Notes: generated by a model from the sequence alone, not told the origin. Positions 9,341 through 19,033 are shown, numbered from the stretch's first letter. The stretch: DNA of 59,970 nt from Thermoplasmata archaeon (GCA_028864975.1 JAGWLG010000021.1:1-59970); one strand, 5' to 3'. Translations and numbers: made by a program.

Positions 9341-9841
9341 TCAGAGGTCCCTGCTCATCTGGTAACCATTCTCTCCGTCCGAATAATACCCCCGTAGAAG
9401 GTCGTTGACGGAGAACCCGAACCGCGTGTAGAACCGGATCGCGGTCGCGTTCCCGACGCGTACCTCCAGGGTCACCCGGGCCATGCCCCGGGACTTGCAC
9501 CGCTGGAGGAAGGACTCCATGAGGTGGGCTCCGACCCCCCGGTCCCTCCAACGGCCGTCCACGGCGAACATGAGCACCCGGGCCTCACCCGGCACCTGGT
9601 TCACGCCTAGGAGGAACCCCTGGGGGACCCCCATCCGGTCCTGGGCGATGAGGAAGCCCTGGGGCCATTGCTGAGAGAGCGAGAGGTAGAGCGAGGGCTC
9701 GTAGTGCTCGCGGAGCGCTTCCGCGACGATCTCCCCGAGCCGAGGGATGTCGCGCGGGTGGAAGTTGCGAAGGAAGACCTCCCCTCCCGCGATGGGCTCC
9801 AACGCGTAGGAGGAGTCCGCGCGTGGTTCCGTCGAGGACAT
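9341..9841 (-). CDS. rimI: GNAT N-acetyltransferase, RimI/Ard1 family
   Basis: Motif A variant FAVDGRWRDRGVGAHLM, then LEVRVGNATAIRFYTRFGF and YYSDGENGYQM. Confidence 0.85.
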   Translation of the reverse strand: MSSTEPRADSSYALEPIAGGEVFLRNFHPRDIPRLGEIVAEALREHYEPSLYLSLSQQWPQGFLIAQDRMGVPQGFLLGVNQVPGEARVLMFAVDGRWRDRGVGAHLMESFLQRCKSRGMARVTLEVRVGNATAIRFYTRFGFSVNDLLRGYYSDGENGYQMSRDL

Positions 9842-9866
9842 GGACGCGAGGTCTAGGCCCGGGGCC

Positions 9867-9873
9867 TATTAAA
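9867..9873 (-). promoter_or_regulatory. TATA box for rimI-like gene
   Basis: TTTAATA on the minus strand 26-32 nt upstream of ATG 9841 (leaderless-type spacing). Confidence 0.55.
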
Positions 9874-9953
9874 TGGGAAAGCGTGCCCGTGTCGCAACCG
9901 TCGGCGCACGCAGGATGAGCTGGAGATGGTCTATCCTGGAGGGCGGGCGGACC

Positions 9954-10229
9954 TCATGCCGCGGCCCTCGCGCCCTTTTCGGTGGTCACGGCATGGGGGC
10001 CCCCCGAGGCCACTCCCACCCTGCCGAACAGCCGCTTGGCCCGCGCGACCTTCTCGAGCCGTCGGTAGGTCTCGAGCGGGGTCAGCACATCGCCGCACTT
10101 GACGCACACGTGGAAGGGGTAGTTCCCGAAGAACACGTGACGCATCGAGAACGGACGTAGCTCTCCCCGAAGTCGTCCGCCACACTCCGGACAGGACTTC
10201 CCCGAGAGCCAGTTCTCCTTTCGCTTCAT
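9954..10229 (-). CDS. YgiT-type zinc-finger protein
   Basis: CPECGG...VCVKCGD with a beta-hairpin between the Cys pairs followed by a helix; start trimmed to ATG 10229. Confidence 0.65.
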   Translation of the reverse strand: MKRKENWLSGKSCPECGGRLRGELRPFSMRHVFFGNYPFHVCVKCGDVLTPLETYRRLEKVARAKRLFGRVGVASGGPHAVTTEKGARAAA

Positions 10230-10273
10230 CCTCGTCCCAAAGAATGAACCATCAATCGTCGGCGACCGGTCGG

Positions 10274-11035
10274 TTAGCGATACATCTCGCCGCCGGCCTG
10301 CGGCTCCTTGAGCGTCTTCATCGACTCGGCCTGCTGGGCCATGTTCTTGCGGAGCTCGGTCTCGATCTCCGTCGCCTTGCGGCGGAGCGGCTTGGTGTCG
10401 AAGACCAGCATCGGGACCATGGGATTGATGACCTCGAGGATCCGGGCCGCGGCGCGAGCGTCGGGGTGCCCCCGGTGGGCCTGCGACACCAGGCAGAGGA
10501 CCGGAGTGGAGCGGTCCACGCTGGAGAGCAGGAGCGCCCCCGCGAAGCCCGTGACCAGGCCGTCCGCTTTCTCGAAGCTGTAGGTCTCGAGGAGCGGCGC
10601 GGCGGCCTTGTTGGCCATCGCGACGACCCGCACGTCCTCGCCGGAGGTCTCCTCCACGGGTTGCCCTTCGAGGGCCACGACCAGGTCGATCCCCTTCTTC
10701 TCGGCGTAGTCGAGGAGCGACTTGCCGATAGGATTGAGAAGCCCGGGAGAGGGCTGGATGTCGGAGAGGACCGCGACCAGCTGGTTGCATTTCTTGTTGA
10801 CCCCGCAGACCGTGCGGCTCGCATAGAAGCGGACGGGGGGGCTCACGACCCCGCCCTCCATGACCACCGTGGGGGGGAACTCCTCGCTCACCATGTACGC
10901 GACGGGGGACATGTCCAGGGAGTGGCGGAGGTAGCTCACGGCGACGGACCCCACGAGCCCGTGGGTGGGGAACCCGACGACGAGCATCGAGCCCTTCAGG
11001 GAGTTGTTCTTGGTTTCGACGATCTTCGGGTCCAT
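10274..11035 (-). CDS. PAC2-family proteasome assembly chaperone
   Basis: LVVGFPTHGLVGSVAVSYL, PPVRFYA, PDARAAARILEVI and a C-terminal MYR (HbYX-like) tail; start trimmed to ATG 11035. Confidence 0.88.
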   Translation of the reverse strand: MDPKIVETKNNSLKGSMLVVGFPTHGLVGSVAVSYLRHSLDMSPVAYMVSEEFPPTVVMEGGVVSPPVRFYASRTVCGVNKKCNQLVAVLSDIQPSPGLLNPIGKSLLDYAEKKGIDLVVALEGQPVEETSGEDVRVVAMANKAAAPLLETYSFEKADGLVTGFAGALLLSSVDRSTPVLCLVSQAHRGHPDARAAARILEVINPMVPMLVFDTKPLRRKATEIETELRKNMAQQAESMKTLKEPQAGGEMYR

Positions 11036-11157
11036 GCTCAACGCCGTGCTTGGGAGAGGAGAGCGCGGGTTAAAAGGGGAGAGGAGAGGCGGCTCCACGT
11101 GGGACCCCGGCCGCTGCACCGAGGAAGGACTTTGTAGCGGCACGAGGTCGCCTTGGC

Positions 11158-11445
11158 ATGCCCACCTACGTCGTACTCGTGAACTGGACCGAGCAGGGGA
11201 TCAAGACCTACAAGGACGCGCCGAAGCGCCTCCAGGCGAGCCGGGAAGCGTTCCAGAAGGTCGGGGCAAAGATCAAGGACGCCTGGTTCACCATGGGCCC
11301 GCACGACCTGGTGGTCGTCATCGACGCGCCCAACGACGACGTGTTCAACCGTCTCATGATCGACGTCGGCTCGAAGGGGTACATCCGGACCCTGAGCCTG
11401 AAGGCCTGGACCCCCGAAGAGTTCGGCAAGGTGGTCGGCGGGTAA
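11158..11445 (+). CDS. GYD-domain protein
   Basis: MPTYVVLVNWTEQGIK...WFTMGPHDLVVVIDAP...G.IRTLSLKAWTPEEF is the typical GYD family pattern. Confidence 0.85.
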   Translation: MPTYVVLVNWTEQGIKTYKDAPKRLQASREAFQKVGAKIKDAWFTMGPHDLVVVIDAPNDDVFNRLMIDVGSKGYIRTLSLKAWTPEEFGKVVGG

Positions 11446-11558
11446 GGTCCCGGGAGCGAAGCACCTGTGTGGGGGCCGGTGCCGCGGGCTCCTGGCCGGA
11501 CCCACACGCACACCAGGTCGCCTTGATGCCTGTGACCATCGATGGGACACCGTCAAGG

Positions 11559-11580
11559 TTTATGAAGTGGTAGTGCCACT
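11559..11580 (+). promoter_or_regulatory. TATA-like box plus inverted-repeat operator of vapBC
   Basis: TTTATG (11559-11564) followed by AGTGG-N5-CCACT (11566-11580), before ATG 11589. Confidence 0.4.
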
Positions 11581-11588
11581 AGTAAGTC

Positions 11589-11825
11589 ATGCCAGAGAAC
11601 TCTGTAGTAAGTATCAAGGTTCCTCGGACGCTCTGGGAAGAGATGCGTCGTATGAGGCCCGAGGTAAACTGGGCTGCCGAGATCCGGGCCTTCCTACAAC
11701 AGGAGGTCCGCCGACGCCGAAGGAGGACGGCCCTCGAGAGGATCGAGCGACGGCTCGCCGCTCATCCCACACTGCCCCGCGGCACGGCGGCGGCGCTCGT
11801 CCGAGAGGACCGTGATCGTCATTGA
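11589..11825 (+). CDS. vapB: VapB-type RHH antitoxin
   Basis: VVSIKVPRTLWEEMRR..PEVNWAAEIRAFL is an archaeal RHH antitoxin pattern; overlaps the downstream PIN gene. Confidence 0.8.
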   Translation: MPENSVVSIKVPRTLWEEMRRMRPEVNWAAEIRAFLQQEVRRRRRRTALERIERRLAAHPTLPRGTAAALVREDRDRH

Positions 11826-12222
11826 TGCCTCTGCGCTCTCGGGCTACCTGCTCCGGGAGGAAGGGTGGGAAACGACGGCGCAGGTGCTCCGAGAGGACTG
11901 GTGCACCCTCGAGCTCGCGCTCACGGAGTCAGGGAACGCGATTCTGACCGCCCTTCGGCAGGCTCGGATCACCGAAAGCCTCGCAGGGCAGAAGATCGAC
12001 TCTCTCCTGGAGATGACGGAAGCGGGGATCGATCTGCAGCCCCAAAGAGCGCTGTTGGGACCGGCGCTGCGGCTCGCCCGGACCCATCGGGCCACGGTTT
12101 ACGACATGCTCTACGTTGAGCTCGCCAAACACCTCACCGCACCGCTCCTCTCCTTCGACCGCGGCCAGAGAAGGGTAGCCGAGGGGGTGGGGGTCGCGAT
12201 CCTCCCTCGGGTACTCCGTTGA
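11812..12222 (+). CDS. vapC: VapC PIN-domain toxin
   Basis: MIVIDASAL, E..NA, TVYDMLYVELA, LLSFD acidic PIN motifs. Confidence 0.9.
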   Translation: MIVIDASALSGYLLREEGWETTAQVLREDWCTLELALTESGNAILTALRQARITESLAGQKIDSLLEMTEAGIDLQPQRALLGPALRLARTHRATVYDMLYVELAKHLTAPLLSFDRGQRRVAEGVGVAILPRVLR

Positions 12223-12570
12223 GGAACGCTCTTTCCGCCAGGAAGGCCCCTCTGCGATGAGGTATCGACCGAAGGGCGATGCCTGGGGGGGTGGCCTACA
12301 CTGGCCAACGCCTTGGGGCCGCTCCATCCCACACGACCGCCCCACGCCGGGCACGCGGGCCATCGGCAGGAGGACCGCACCTCGTCGCCCAGGTGGGGTG
12401 GGTGCCGGCATGGCCTCGGACCTCCGTTGGTGCTAGGTCGCACTTCGGCCCTCACAACCGGATACGCTTTTCGTGCGGCTGCGGACCGTTTCCTGCCGTC
12501 GCGCTCCTCGCCCCGAGAATCTGACGAGGTCCAGACACCCCTTCAGAACGGTCGACCCGCGGCGGGCGCC

Positions 12571-13518
12571 CTACGGCGCATTTTCGGAGCCTGCGCGACG
12601 CCGCCCGTCGTGCCGCCCCTCCCGCGGAAGCTTCCTCCTCGCCGCCTCGCCGAAGGTCCTGACGGATTCCTTCAGGGTCTCCACGCGCGCCATGAGGTCC
12701 TCCACCTCCTCCCGTAGGCTGTCGAAGTCCTCCGCGCCCTGATGGAGCGCCTCGTGGGCGTCCCCCAGCTCGGCCTCGAGCTTCTCGGCCCGGCCCTTCT
12801 GCGCCATCTCGGCGCCTCGCAGGGAGGAGAGCCGGTCCACCTTCTCCTGGTGACGCGACTGGGCCTCCGCGAGTTGCTTGAGGAGAGCGGAGCGCTCCTC
12901 GATGAGCTTCTTCTTCTCGGCCCTCTCCTCGACGAGCTCGCCCTCCGCCTTCTTCCAACGCGCGCCCAGCTCTCGCTCCATCTCTTCTCGGATCGCCTGG
13001 AGCGTCAGGACGGCCGAGTGCTGCTTCCGCTCGGCCTCGGCCCGGGCCTTCTCCGCCAGCTCGCGTGCGCCCTTGGACTCGCCCAGGGCGGCGTTCAGGG
13101 CGTGCACATCTCGCTCGTGCCGCGCGCGTACGTCTTCGAGCTGGTCCTCGATCTGACGGCGGACCCCTTCCCGAACGGCCTGCTCGTAGCGGGCCTTGAG
13201 GGAGGCGAGCTCGGCCTCGGCGCTCCCCTCGAGCTTCTCCCCCGAAGACGGGGCAGCGCCCTCACCGTGCGCCTTCCGCAGTTGGGCCAGCGCCTTGACC
13301 AGCCCTTCGTACTCAGGCCCGGTCCGCAGTTCCTCCGGGAGCCGCTCGTGGATCCGCTCGCCCTGGGCAAGCAGGGCCTTGCGGGCCGTTGCGGCCGTTG
13401 CAGGGTCGAGGGCCCGCAGGTGAGCGACGACCCGGGGGAGGAATCGCGTGAGCTCCTCGCGCGCCGACGCAGGCCCGGGCTCATCCCCCTTCGACCCTCT
13501 CGAGCCTCCTGGGGGCAT
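12571..13518 (-). CDS. Long coiled-coil protein of unknown function
   Basis: Helical N-terminal domain, then about 200 aa of E/K/R/A/L heptads; start trimmed to ATG 13518 because the upstream part of the ORF is the antisense of the GYD remnant. Confidence 0.7.
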   Translation of the reverse strand: MPPGGSRGSKGDEPGPASAREELTRFLPRVVAHLRALDPATAATARKALLAQGERIHERLPEELRTGPEYEGLVKALAQLRKAHGEGAAPSSGEKLEGSAEAELASLKARYEQAVREGVRRQIEDQLEDVRARHERDVHALNAALGESKGARELAEKARAEAERKQHSAVLTLQAIREEMERELGARWKKAEGELVEERAEKKKLIEERSALLKQLAEAQSRHQEKVDRLSSLRGAEMAQKGRAEKLEAELGDAHEALHQGAEDFDSLREEVEDLMARVETLKESVRTFGEAARRKLPREGRHDGRRRAGSENAP

Positions 13519-13588
13519 GTTCTCCCGATATCCACCATCCCTTATCCAGTGTGCCCTGCGCGGAAGCCTTTCAAATCTCCGGGCAGGT

Positions 13589-13789
13589 CGGGAGGCCTTC
13601 CAGAAGGTCGGGGAAAGGATCAAGGAGACCAACTTCAGCTCGGGCCTGCACGAACTGGCCTTGATCATCGACGGGCCGAGCGACGAGGTGCTCAACCGGC
13701 AGTGGATCGAAGGGGGCTCGAAGGGGTACGTCCGACCGCTCAGTCTGAAAGCGTGGACACCGGAAGAGTTCGGCAAGATGGTGGGCGGC
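13589..13789 (+). pseudogene. 5'-truncated, diverged copy of the GYD gene
   Basis: REAFQKVGERIKETNFSSGLHELALIIDGPSDEVLNRQWIEGGSKGYVRPLSLKAWTPEEFGKMVGG aligns without gaps to 11242-11442; N-terminal part and cognate stop codon are missing. Confidence 0.8.
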
Positions 13790-13914
13790 GACCTCTCTCA
13801 TCCTCGACCAATGTCCGAAGCAGGAGCGGGCTCCGAGCGGTCCGGGACGCGCTCGTCGAGGGGTGCGCCCCGCCCTGTTTGGGCAACAACCCCAGGGGGG
13901 GCAGTTCCGAGAGA

Positions 13915-13920
13915 TTAATA
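13915..13920 (+). promoter_or_regulatory. Putative TATA box
   Basis: TTAATA 29-34 nt upstream of ATG 13949. Confidence 0.5.
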
Positions 13921-13948
13921 TGCATCCGAATCCCGAGCCACAGCACCG

Positions 13949-16900
13949 ATGGTCCCCGCTGCGCACGCGCGCTCCCCGCTGGCCGCCCTGACCGCCCTCT
14001 CTACCCTCCCAGTTCGGCGTGCCGTTCGCACGGCCCTATGGGTCCTCGTGGTCATGGTCATGCTCGCGCCGACCTCCTTGGCGCGTCCGGTCCTCCCTTC
14101 CGCGCCGACCGCTCCTTCGGTCGCCCCCTCCGGTCCCCTCGTGGGTGCCGCTTCGGCCTCCCCATCGGGCACCTCCGGGCTTGTCGCGCATTCGGCGCAC
14201 GTCGGAGCCGCGGTAGTGGTCCCAAGCGTGCGAGATGTCCTTCGCGATCACCCCGTCGCTTGTCCGCTCACGCCCCTGCCCGCGCCCTCCTCGGACCTCC
14301 GCACGGGGGTCTCCTCTTCCGTCCCCTCCTCTCTGCCCCTCTCCTTGGTCCCCGCGACCATGCCCTGTCAAGCTCCCACCTCGGCCTCGGGAGGTACCGA
14401 CACGAGCCGTCTGGTTCCCACGACCTCGATTGGTGCGTCCTCGGGGTCGACCCACTTCCAAGGCCACCCGGACACCACGTCCTGGGCGCCGGGTTGGCAG
14501 GGGATCACCAGTGCGTCTTCGGGCTACGTCCCTCCCGATGTGTCCATGGCCGTGGGCCGGACCCAGGTGGTCGAAGCGGTCAATGACGTCATGCAGGTCT
14601 GGGCGAAGAACGGCACCGTCTTGGCCACCCCCTTCAGCTTCAGTACGATCTTCAATGTGGGGAACGCCGCTTACGGCGACCCTCAAGTCCTCTACGACAC
14701 TCGAGGCGGCGGACAGTTCCTCCTCTCGGTCGACGACTTCACCTACGGCACCGTGTGGCTCGGGATCTCCGTGACGAACGACTCCTTGGGCGGCTGGTAC
14801 GTCTACAACCTCACCGCCATCCCGGCGAACGACTTCTTGGACCGCCCTGTGCTAGGGGTCAGCGACACGGTCATCGCCTACGGCGGGAACGTTTTCACCA
14901 ACGTGGGGGGCTTCGTCCAGGCCCAGTGGTTCGCCTGGGACCGTGCGGTGCTCGAGTCCGGGGCCGCAGCCACGGGTTGGTACTGGTACAGCGCGGCCGA
15001 TTCTGCTGTCCACCCGGTGCCCCAGTGGGGAGCGAACACGACCGCTACCCAGTACTACGTCTGCACCACCTGTGGATCCGGGCAAATCCTGGTCTACTGG
15101 GTCCAGTGGGTCCCCGGGGTCAGGGGGCCCTGGCTCAACTCGACGGTCTACAAGTGGCCCGCCCTCACGGCCCCGCCCGACGCGCCGCAACCGGGGACCT
15201 CGACCACCGTCTCGGTCGCCCTGAGCGGCAACCAGGAGATGACCGGGATGTGGGCGAACGGGCTGCTCTACTTCTCCTTCGAGAACTCGTGCTCCGGCCC
15301 TCAGGGATGCCCTTGGTACGTGAGCATCAACACCGCGACGAACACCGTGGTCCAGAACTACAGCTACGCGGGCGCGCCGGGGAACCATGTCTACTACCCG
15401 GCGACCGGCACCGACCTCAACGGCGACCAGCTCATGTTCCATGGTTGGTCCTCGACCTCGGTGTACCCGACGCTCGAGATGCTCTCGCGGAACCGCACCT
15501 ACGCGGCGAACGCCTACGAGGGAGCCAACGAGGTCTACGGGACGGCGTCGGACAGCTACTGCGGTAGCGGGGCGTGCCGTTACGGGGACTACTTCACGGT
15601 CGCTCCCGACCCTGACAACCCCAGCGTCGCCTGGGGCGCCGGGGAGTACATCGTTTCTGGTCTTACGTGGGCCACGTGGATCGGGAGCGTCTCCCAGGGC
15701 GTCGTGCCGCTCGCCCCCCCCACGGCCTCCCCCGCCAAGCTCCACGCCGATGTCGGGGTCCCGGCCAAGGAGACCCTCTCGGACCTCAACAGCCAATGCA
15801 ATATCCGCCAGATCTGGTGGTGCACGGTCCAGTACGACTACGGAGATGGCAGCGCCTACAACGTGACCAGCTGCGCAGGGGCGCTGGCGGGCCTCTACCC
15901 GAACATCCTGAACGAGACCCACACCTACTGGGGCATCGGGAACTACACCGCGGGGGGCGCGAGCAGCTACTGGGACGAGTACTCCGGTGGCGTCTGTGTC
16001 CCAGCCAACTCCCAGGGAGGGAACGCGCTCCCCGAGATCCCCGTGGCGGTCAACAAGGACCCCTTCCTCACCCCGTGGACGCAGAACGCCACCTCCATCG
16101 ATGTGGGGCAGTCGGTGACCTTCAGCTCGTACGCGGCGGGGGGGTGGCCCACGTACACCTTCGCGGCCTACCAGAGCTCCCCCAACTTCGGTTGTAGCGG
16201 ATATGTCTCGGGCAACATGCTCGGGGTCACCTGCGCCCCGACCGCGGCGGGGACCTACCACATCTGGGGCTCCACCACCGACTCCGTCGGCGGGCTCTCG
16301 CCCACGCTCTACGCCCCTGCGGTCGTCGTCTACGGCCGGACCAGCGTCTCGATCGGCTGGAGCGCCACCACGATCGACGTGGGGCAGACCGTGACCGCCA
16401 CGGCGACCGCGTCGGGCGGTACGGGGACCTACACCAGCTACGCTTGGACGCCCTCCTCGGTGAACCTGGGATGCGCGGTTTCCACCACCTCCACGGACGG
16501 CTGCACCCCTACCGCGTCCGGGAGCTACACCATCGGCGCGAAGGTCACCGATAGCAATGGCGGAGTCTCTCCGCTCGCGACGAGCGGGACCCTGACCGTC
16601 GATTCCGCCGTCACCGCGAGCACCCCCGCCCCCAACAAGTGGTCCGTGGACGTCGGAGGGACCGTGACCTTCTCGACCACGCCCGGCGGCGGCTCCGGGA
16701 CCTACTCGAGCTACAGCTGGACCCCCTCCTCCACGAACTTGGGGTGCGCCACCTCCACCACCGCGTCGATCACCTGTATTCCCACCGCGGCGGGGAGCTT
16801 CACGGTCTCCGTCACGGTGACGGACTCGAACGGAGGGACCGCTACCTCCACCTCGGCCTCCTACACCGTCTTCGCGGTGCCCACCGCCACGACCCCGAGC

Positions 16901-19033
16901 GCGAACTTGACCTCGGTGGACATGGGGCAGGGGGTCACCTTCTCCACGACCGTCTCGGGCGGCTCCGGGGGTACGACGATCTCCTGGTCCGGCCTCACCA
17001 CGATCGGGTGCGCCTCGTCGAACATCTCCCTGCTCGCGTGCGTTCCGACGATCGCGGCCACGTCCACGATCACGGCGACGGTCACCGACAGCAACGGAGG
17101 GACCTCGACGAGCGCGAGCTTCTCGTTCACGGTCTACGCGGACCCAACGGCCTCCACCCCCGTTGCGACCCCCTCGACCGTGGAAGCGGGTCAGGCCACC
17201 TCCTTCGCGACGACCGCGAGCGGAGGCCACGGGACCTACAGCTACTATTGGTCGGGGCTCCCCACCGGCTGCTCGACCTCTAACGTGGACCCGCTCCCCT
17301 GCACGCCCAGCGCGGCCGGGACGAGCTCCGTCGCGGTCACGGTGATCGACGGGAACGGTTACCCTGTCCTCTCCTCCGCGCTCTCCTTCACGGTGAGCGC
17401 CGGTCCCTCGGTCACGACCCCGACGGCGACCCCCGCGGCCGTCGACGTGGGGCAGGGGACCACCCTCGCGGTGACGGCCTCCGGCGGCTCGGGCTCGTAC
17501 ACCTACGCATGGTCCGGCCTCCCCCCCGGCTGCAGCTCGTCCGCGACCTCGTTCATGTGCACCCCGACGGCGGCGGGGACGTTCCACGTCGGGATGAACA
17601 TCACGGACTCGGTGGGCGGCGCGAGCAAGAGCGGGCTCCTGACCCTCGTCGTGTCGCCCGCCCTGACGGTCCCGACCCCCTCGGTCGCCCCCTACCTGGT
17701 CGATGTCGGCGTCGCCGCGACGCTGACCTCCGCGGTCGGTGGAGGGGCCGGCGGGAACACCTACACCTGGTCCGGCCTCCCCTCCGGTTGCACCGGGGCC
17801 AACGCGGCCACGACCCCCTGCACGCCCTCGGCGGCGGGGGCCGCCTCGGTCACCCTCAAGGTCGTCGACGCGAACGGCTGGAGCGTGACGAGCGCCGCCT
17901 TCTCCTGGAACGTTCTCGCCGCTCCGACGCTTTCGACGCCTACCGGTAGCCCGAACCCCGTGACCGTCGGCGCCTCGCTGAGGATCTCTACGACGGCGAC
18001 CGTGGCCGCCCCCTGGGCCACCTACAGCTGGACCAGCCTCCCGACAGGGTGCACCGCCTCCAACGCGACCTCGATCACGTGCACTCCGACAGCCGCCGGG
18101 ACCTTCGCGACGAAGGTCTCGGTGGTCGACGGGGGCCATGGGAGCGCGACCAGTTCGGCGGCGTCGCTCGTGGTCAACCCCTCAGGGTCGGGCGGTCTCA
18201 CGGTGGGCCTCGTGGCGAGCCCCGCCACCCTCTACACAGGACAGACCACGACGCTCACCGGGACGGTCAGCGGCGGGAGCGCCCCTTACACCTACAGCTG
18301 GACCGGCCTCCCCGGCGGTTGCTCGAGCGCCAACACCGCGACCCTCTCGTGCACCCCGACCGCGTCGGGGACGGTCTCGGTGACCCTTTCCGTGACCGAC
18401 ACCGCAGGCCACTCAGGCTCCGCGAGCGCGTCCCTGACGGTCACCGCCTCTTCCGGGACCTTGACCGTCTCGCTCTCCGCGAGCCCGACGACGGTCACCA
18501 TAGGACAGTCGTCCGCCTTGACCGCGACGGTCAGCGCCGGGACGGCCCCGTACACCTACACCTGGACGGGGCTTCCGAGCGGCTGTTCGAGCTCGAACTC
18601 CGCGACCCTGTCGTGCGCCCCGGCCGCCTCCGGCACGTTCACCATCCACGTGAACGTGGCCGATAGCGCCGGCAAGTCAGGGTCGGCCCAGACCACGCTC
18701 ACGGTGAACCCCGGCCCCACCGCGGGCGGCAGCGGGGCTAACGTCTTCACCAACCCGTACCTCATTGTGGGCCTGATCGTGGCCGTCGTGGCGGTCCTCC
18801 TCCTGGTGCTCCTCCTGCGCAAGAAGAGACCCAAGCCGGCGGCGGCTCCCGAGCCGGCTCCTGCAGTCGGCGCGGCGGCCCCCTCCGCGGATGTCGCGGC
18901 GAGCCCGCCCCCCCCGCCCGCGCCCTCCCCTCCACCTCCTCCGGCGAGCCCTCCTGCCGAAGCTCCTCCTCCGCCGCCCGCGCCGGCGATGGGGGAGCCC
19001 CCCGCGCCGTGGCCGCCGCCCCCCATGGGATAG
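13949..19033 (+). CDS. Large membrane-anchored surface protein (beta-propeller-like head, PKD/Ig-like repeats, TM, Pro-rich tail)
   Basis: Signal-like hydrophobic segment; head domain with PPDVSMAVG...RYGDY motifs; about 10 repeats of DVGQ..TF..TASGG.G.Y.Y.WSGLP.GC; TM YLIVGLIVAVVAVLLLVLLL followed by RKKR. Confidence 0.85.
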   Translation: MVPAAHARSPLAALTALSTLPVRRAVRTALWVLVVMVMLAPTSLARPVLPSAPTAPSVAPSGPLVGAASASPSGTSGLVAHSAHVGAAVVVPSVRDVLRDHPVACPLTPLPAPSSDLRTGVSSSVPSSLPLSLVPATMPCQAPTSASGGTDTSRLVPTTSIGASSGSTHFQGHPDTTSWAPGWQGITSASSGYVPPDVSMAVGRTQVVEAVNDVMQVWAKNGTVLATPFSFSTIFNVGNAAYGDPQVLYDTRGGGQFLLSVDDFTYGTVWLGISVTNDSLGGWYVYNLTAIPANDFLDRPVLGVSDTVIAYGGNVFTNVGGFVQAQWFAWDRAVLESGAAATGWYWYSAADSAVHPVPQWGANTTATQYYVCTTCGSGQILVYWVQWVPGVRGPWLNSTVYKWPALTAPPDAPQPGTSTTVSVALSGNQEMTGMWANGLLYFSFENSCSGPQGCPWYVSINTATNTVVQNYSYAGAPGNHVYYPATGTDLNGDQLMFHGWSSTSVYPTLEMLSRNRTYAANAYEGANEVYGTASDSYCGSGACRYGDYFTVAPDPDNPSVAWGAGEYIVSGLTWATWIGSVSQGVVPLAPPTASPAKLHADVGVPAKETLSDLNSQCNIRQIWWCTVQYDYGDGSAYNVTSCAGALAGLYPNILNETHTYWGIGNYTAGGASSYWDEYSGGVCVPANSQGGNALPEIPVAVNKDPFLTPWTQNATSIDVGQSVTFSSYAAGGWPTYTFAAYQSSPNFGCSGYVSGNMLGVTCAPTAAGTYHIWGSTTDSVGGLSPTLYAPAVVVYGRTSVSIGWSATTIDVGQTVTATATASGGTGTYTSYAWTPSSVNLGCAVSTTSTDGCTPTASGSYTIGAKVTDSNGGVSPLATSGTLTVDSAVTASTPAPNKWSVDVGGTVTFSTTPGGGSGTYSSYSWTPSSTNLGCATSTTASITCIPTAAGSFTVSVTVTDSNGGTATSTSASYTVFAVPTATTPSANLTSVDMGQGVTFSTTVSGGSGGTTISWSGLTTIGCASSNISLLACVPTIAATSTITATVTDSNGGTSTSASFSFTVYADPTASTPVATPSTVEAGQATSFATTASGGHGTYSYYWSGLPTGCSTSNVDPLPCTPSAAGTSSVAVTVIDGNGYPVLSSALSFTVSAGPSVTTPTATPAAVDVGQGTTLAVTASGGSGSYTYAWSGLPPGCSSSATSFMCTPTAAGTFHVGMNITDSVGGASKSGLLTLVVSPALTVPTPSVAPYLVDVGVAATLTSAVGGGAGGNTYTWSGLPSGCTGANAATTPCTPSAAGAASVTLKVVDANGWSVTSAAFSWNVLAAPTLSTPTGSPNPVTVGASLRISTTATVAAPWATYSWTSLPTGCTASNATSITCTPTAAGTFATKVSVVDGGHGSATSSAASLVVNPSGSGGLTVGLVASPATLYTGQTTTLTGTVSGGSAPYTYSWTGLPGGCSSANTATLSCTPTASGTVSVTLSVTDTAGHSGSASASLTVTASSGTLTVSLSASPTTVTIGQSSALTATVSAGTAPYTYTWTGLPSGCSSSNSATLSCAPAASGTFTIHVNVADSAGKSGSAQTTLTVNPGPTAGGSGANVFTNPYLIVGLIVAVVAVLLLVLLLRKKRPKPAAAPEPAPAVGAAAPSADVAASPPPPPAPSPPPPPASPPAEAPPPPPAPAMGEPPAPWPPPPMG

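Noticed and set aside
14852-18139. 1095-aa minus-strand ORF
   Set aside because: Antisense shadow of the 13949..19033 gene with R/G-rich composition.
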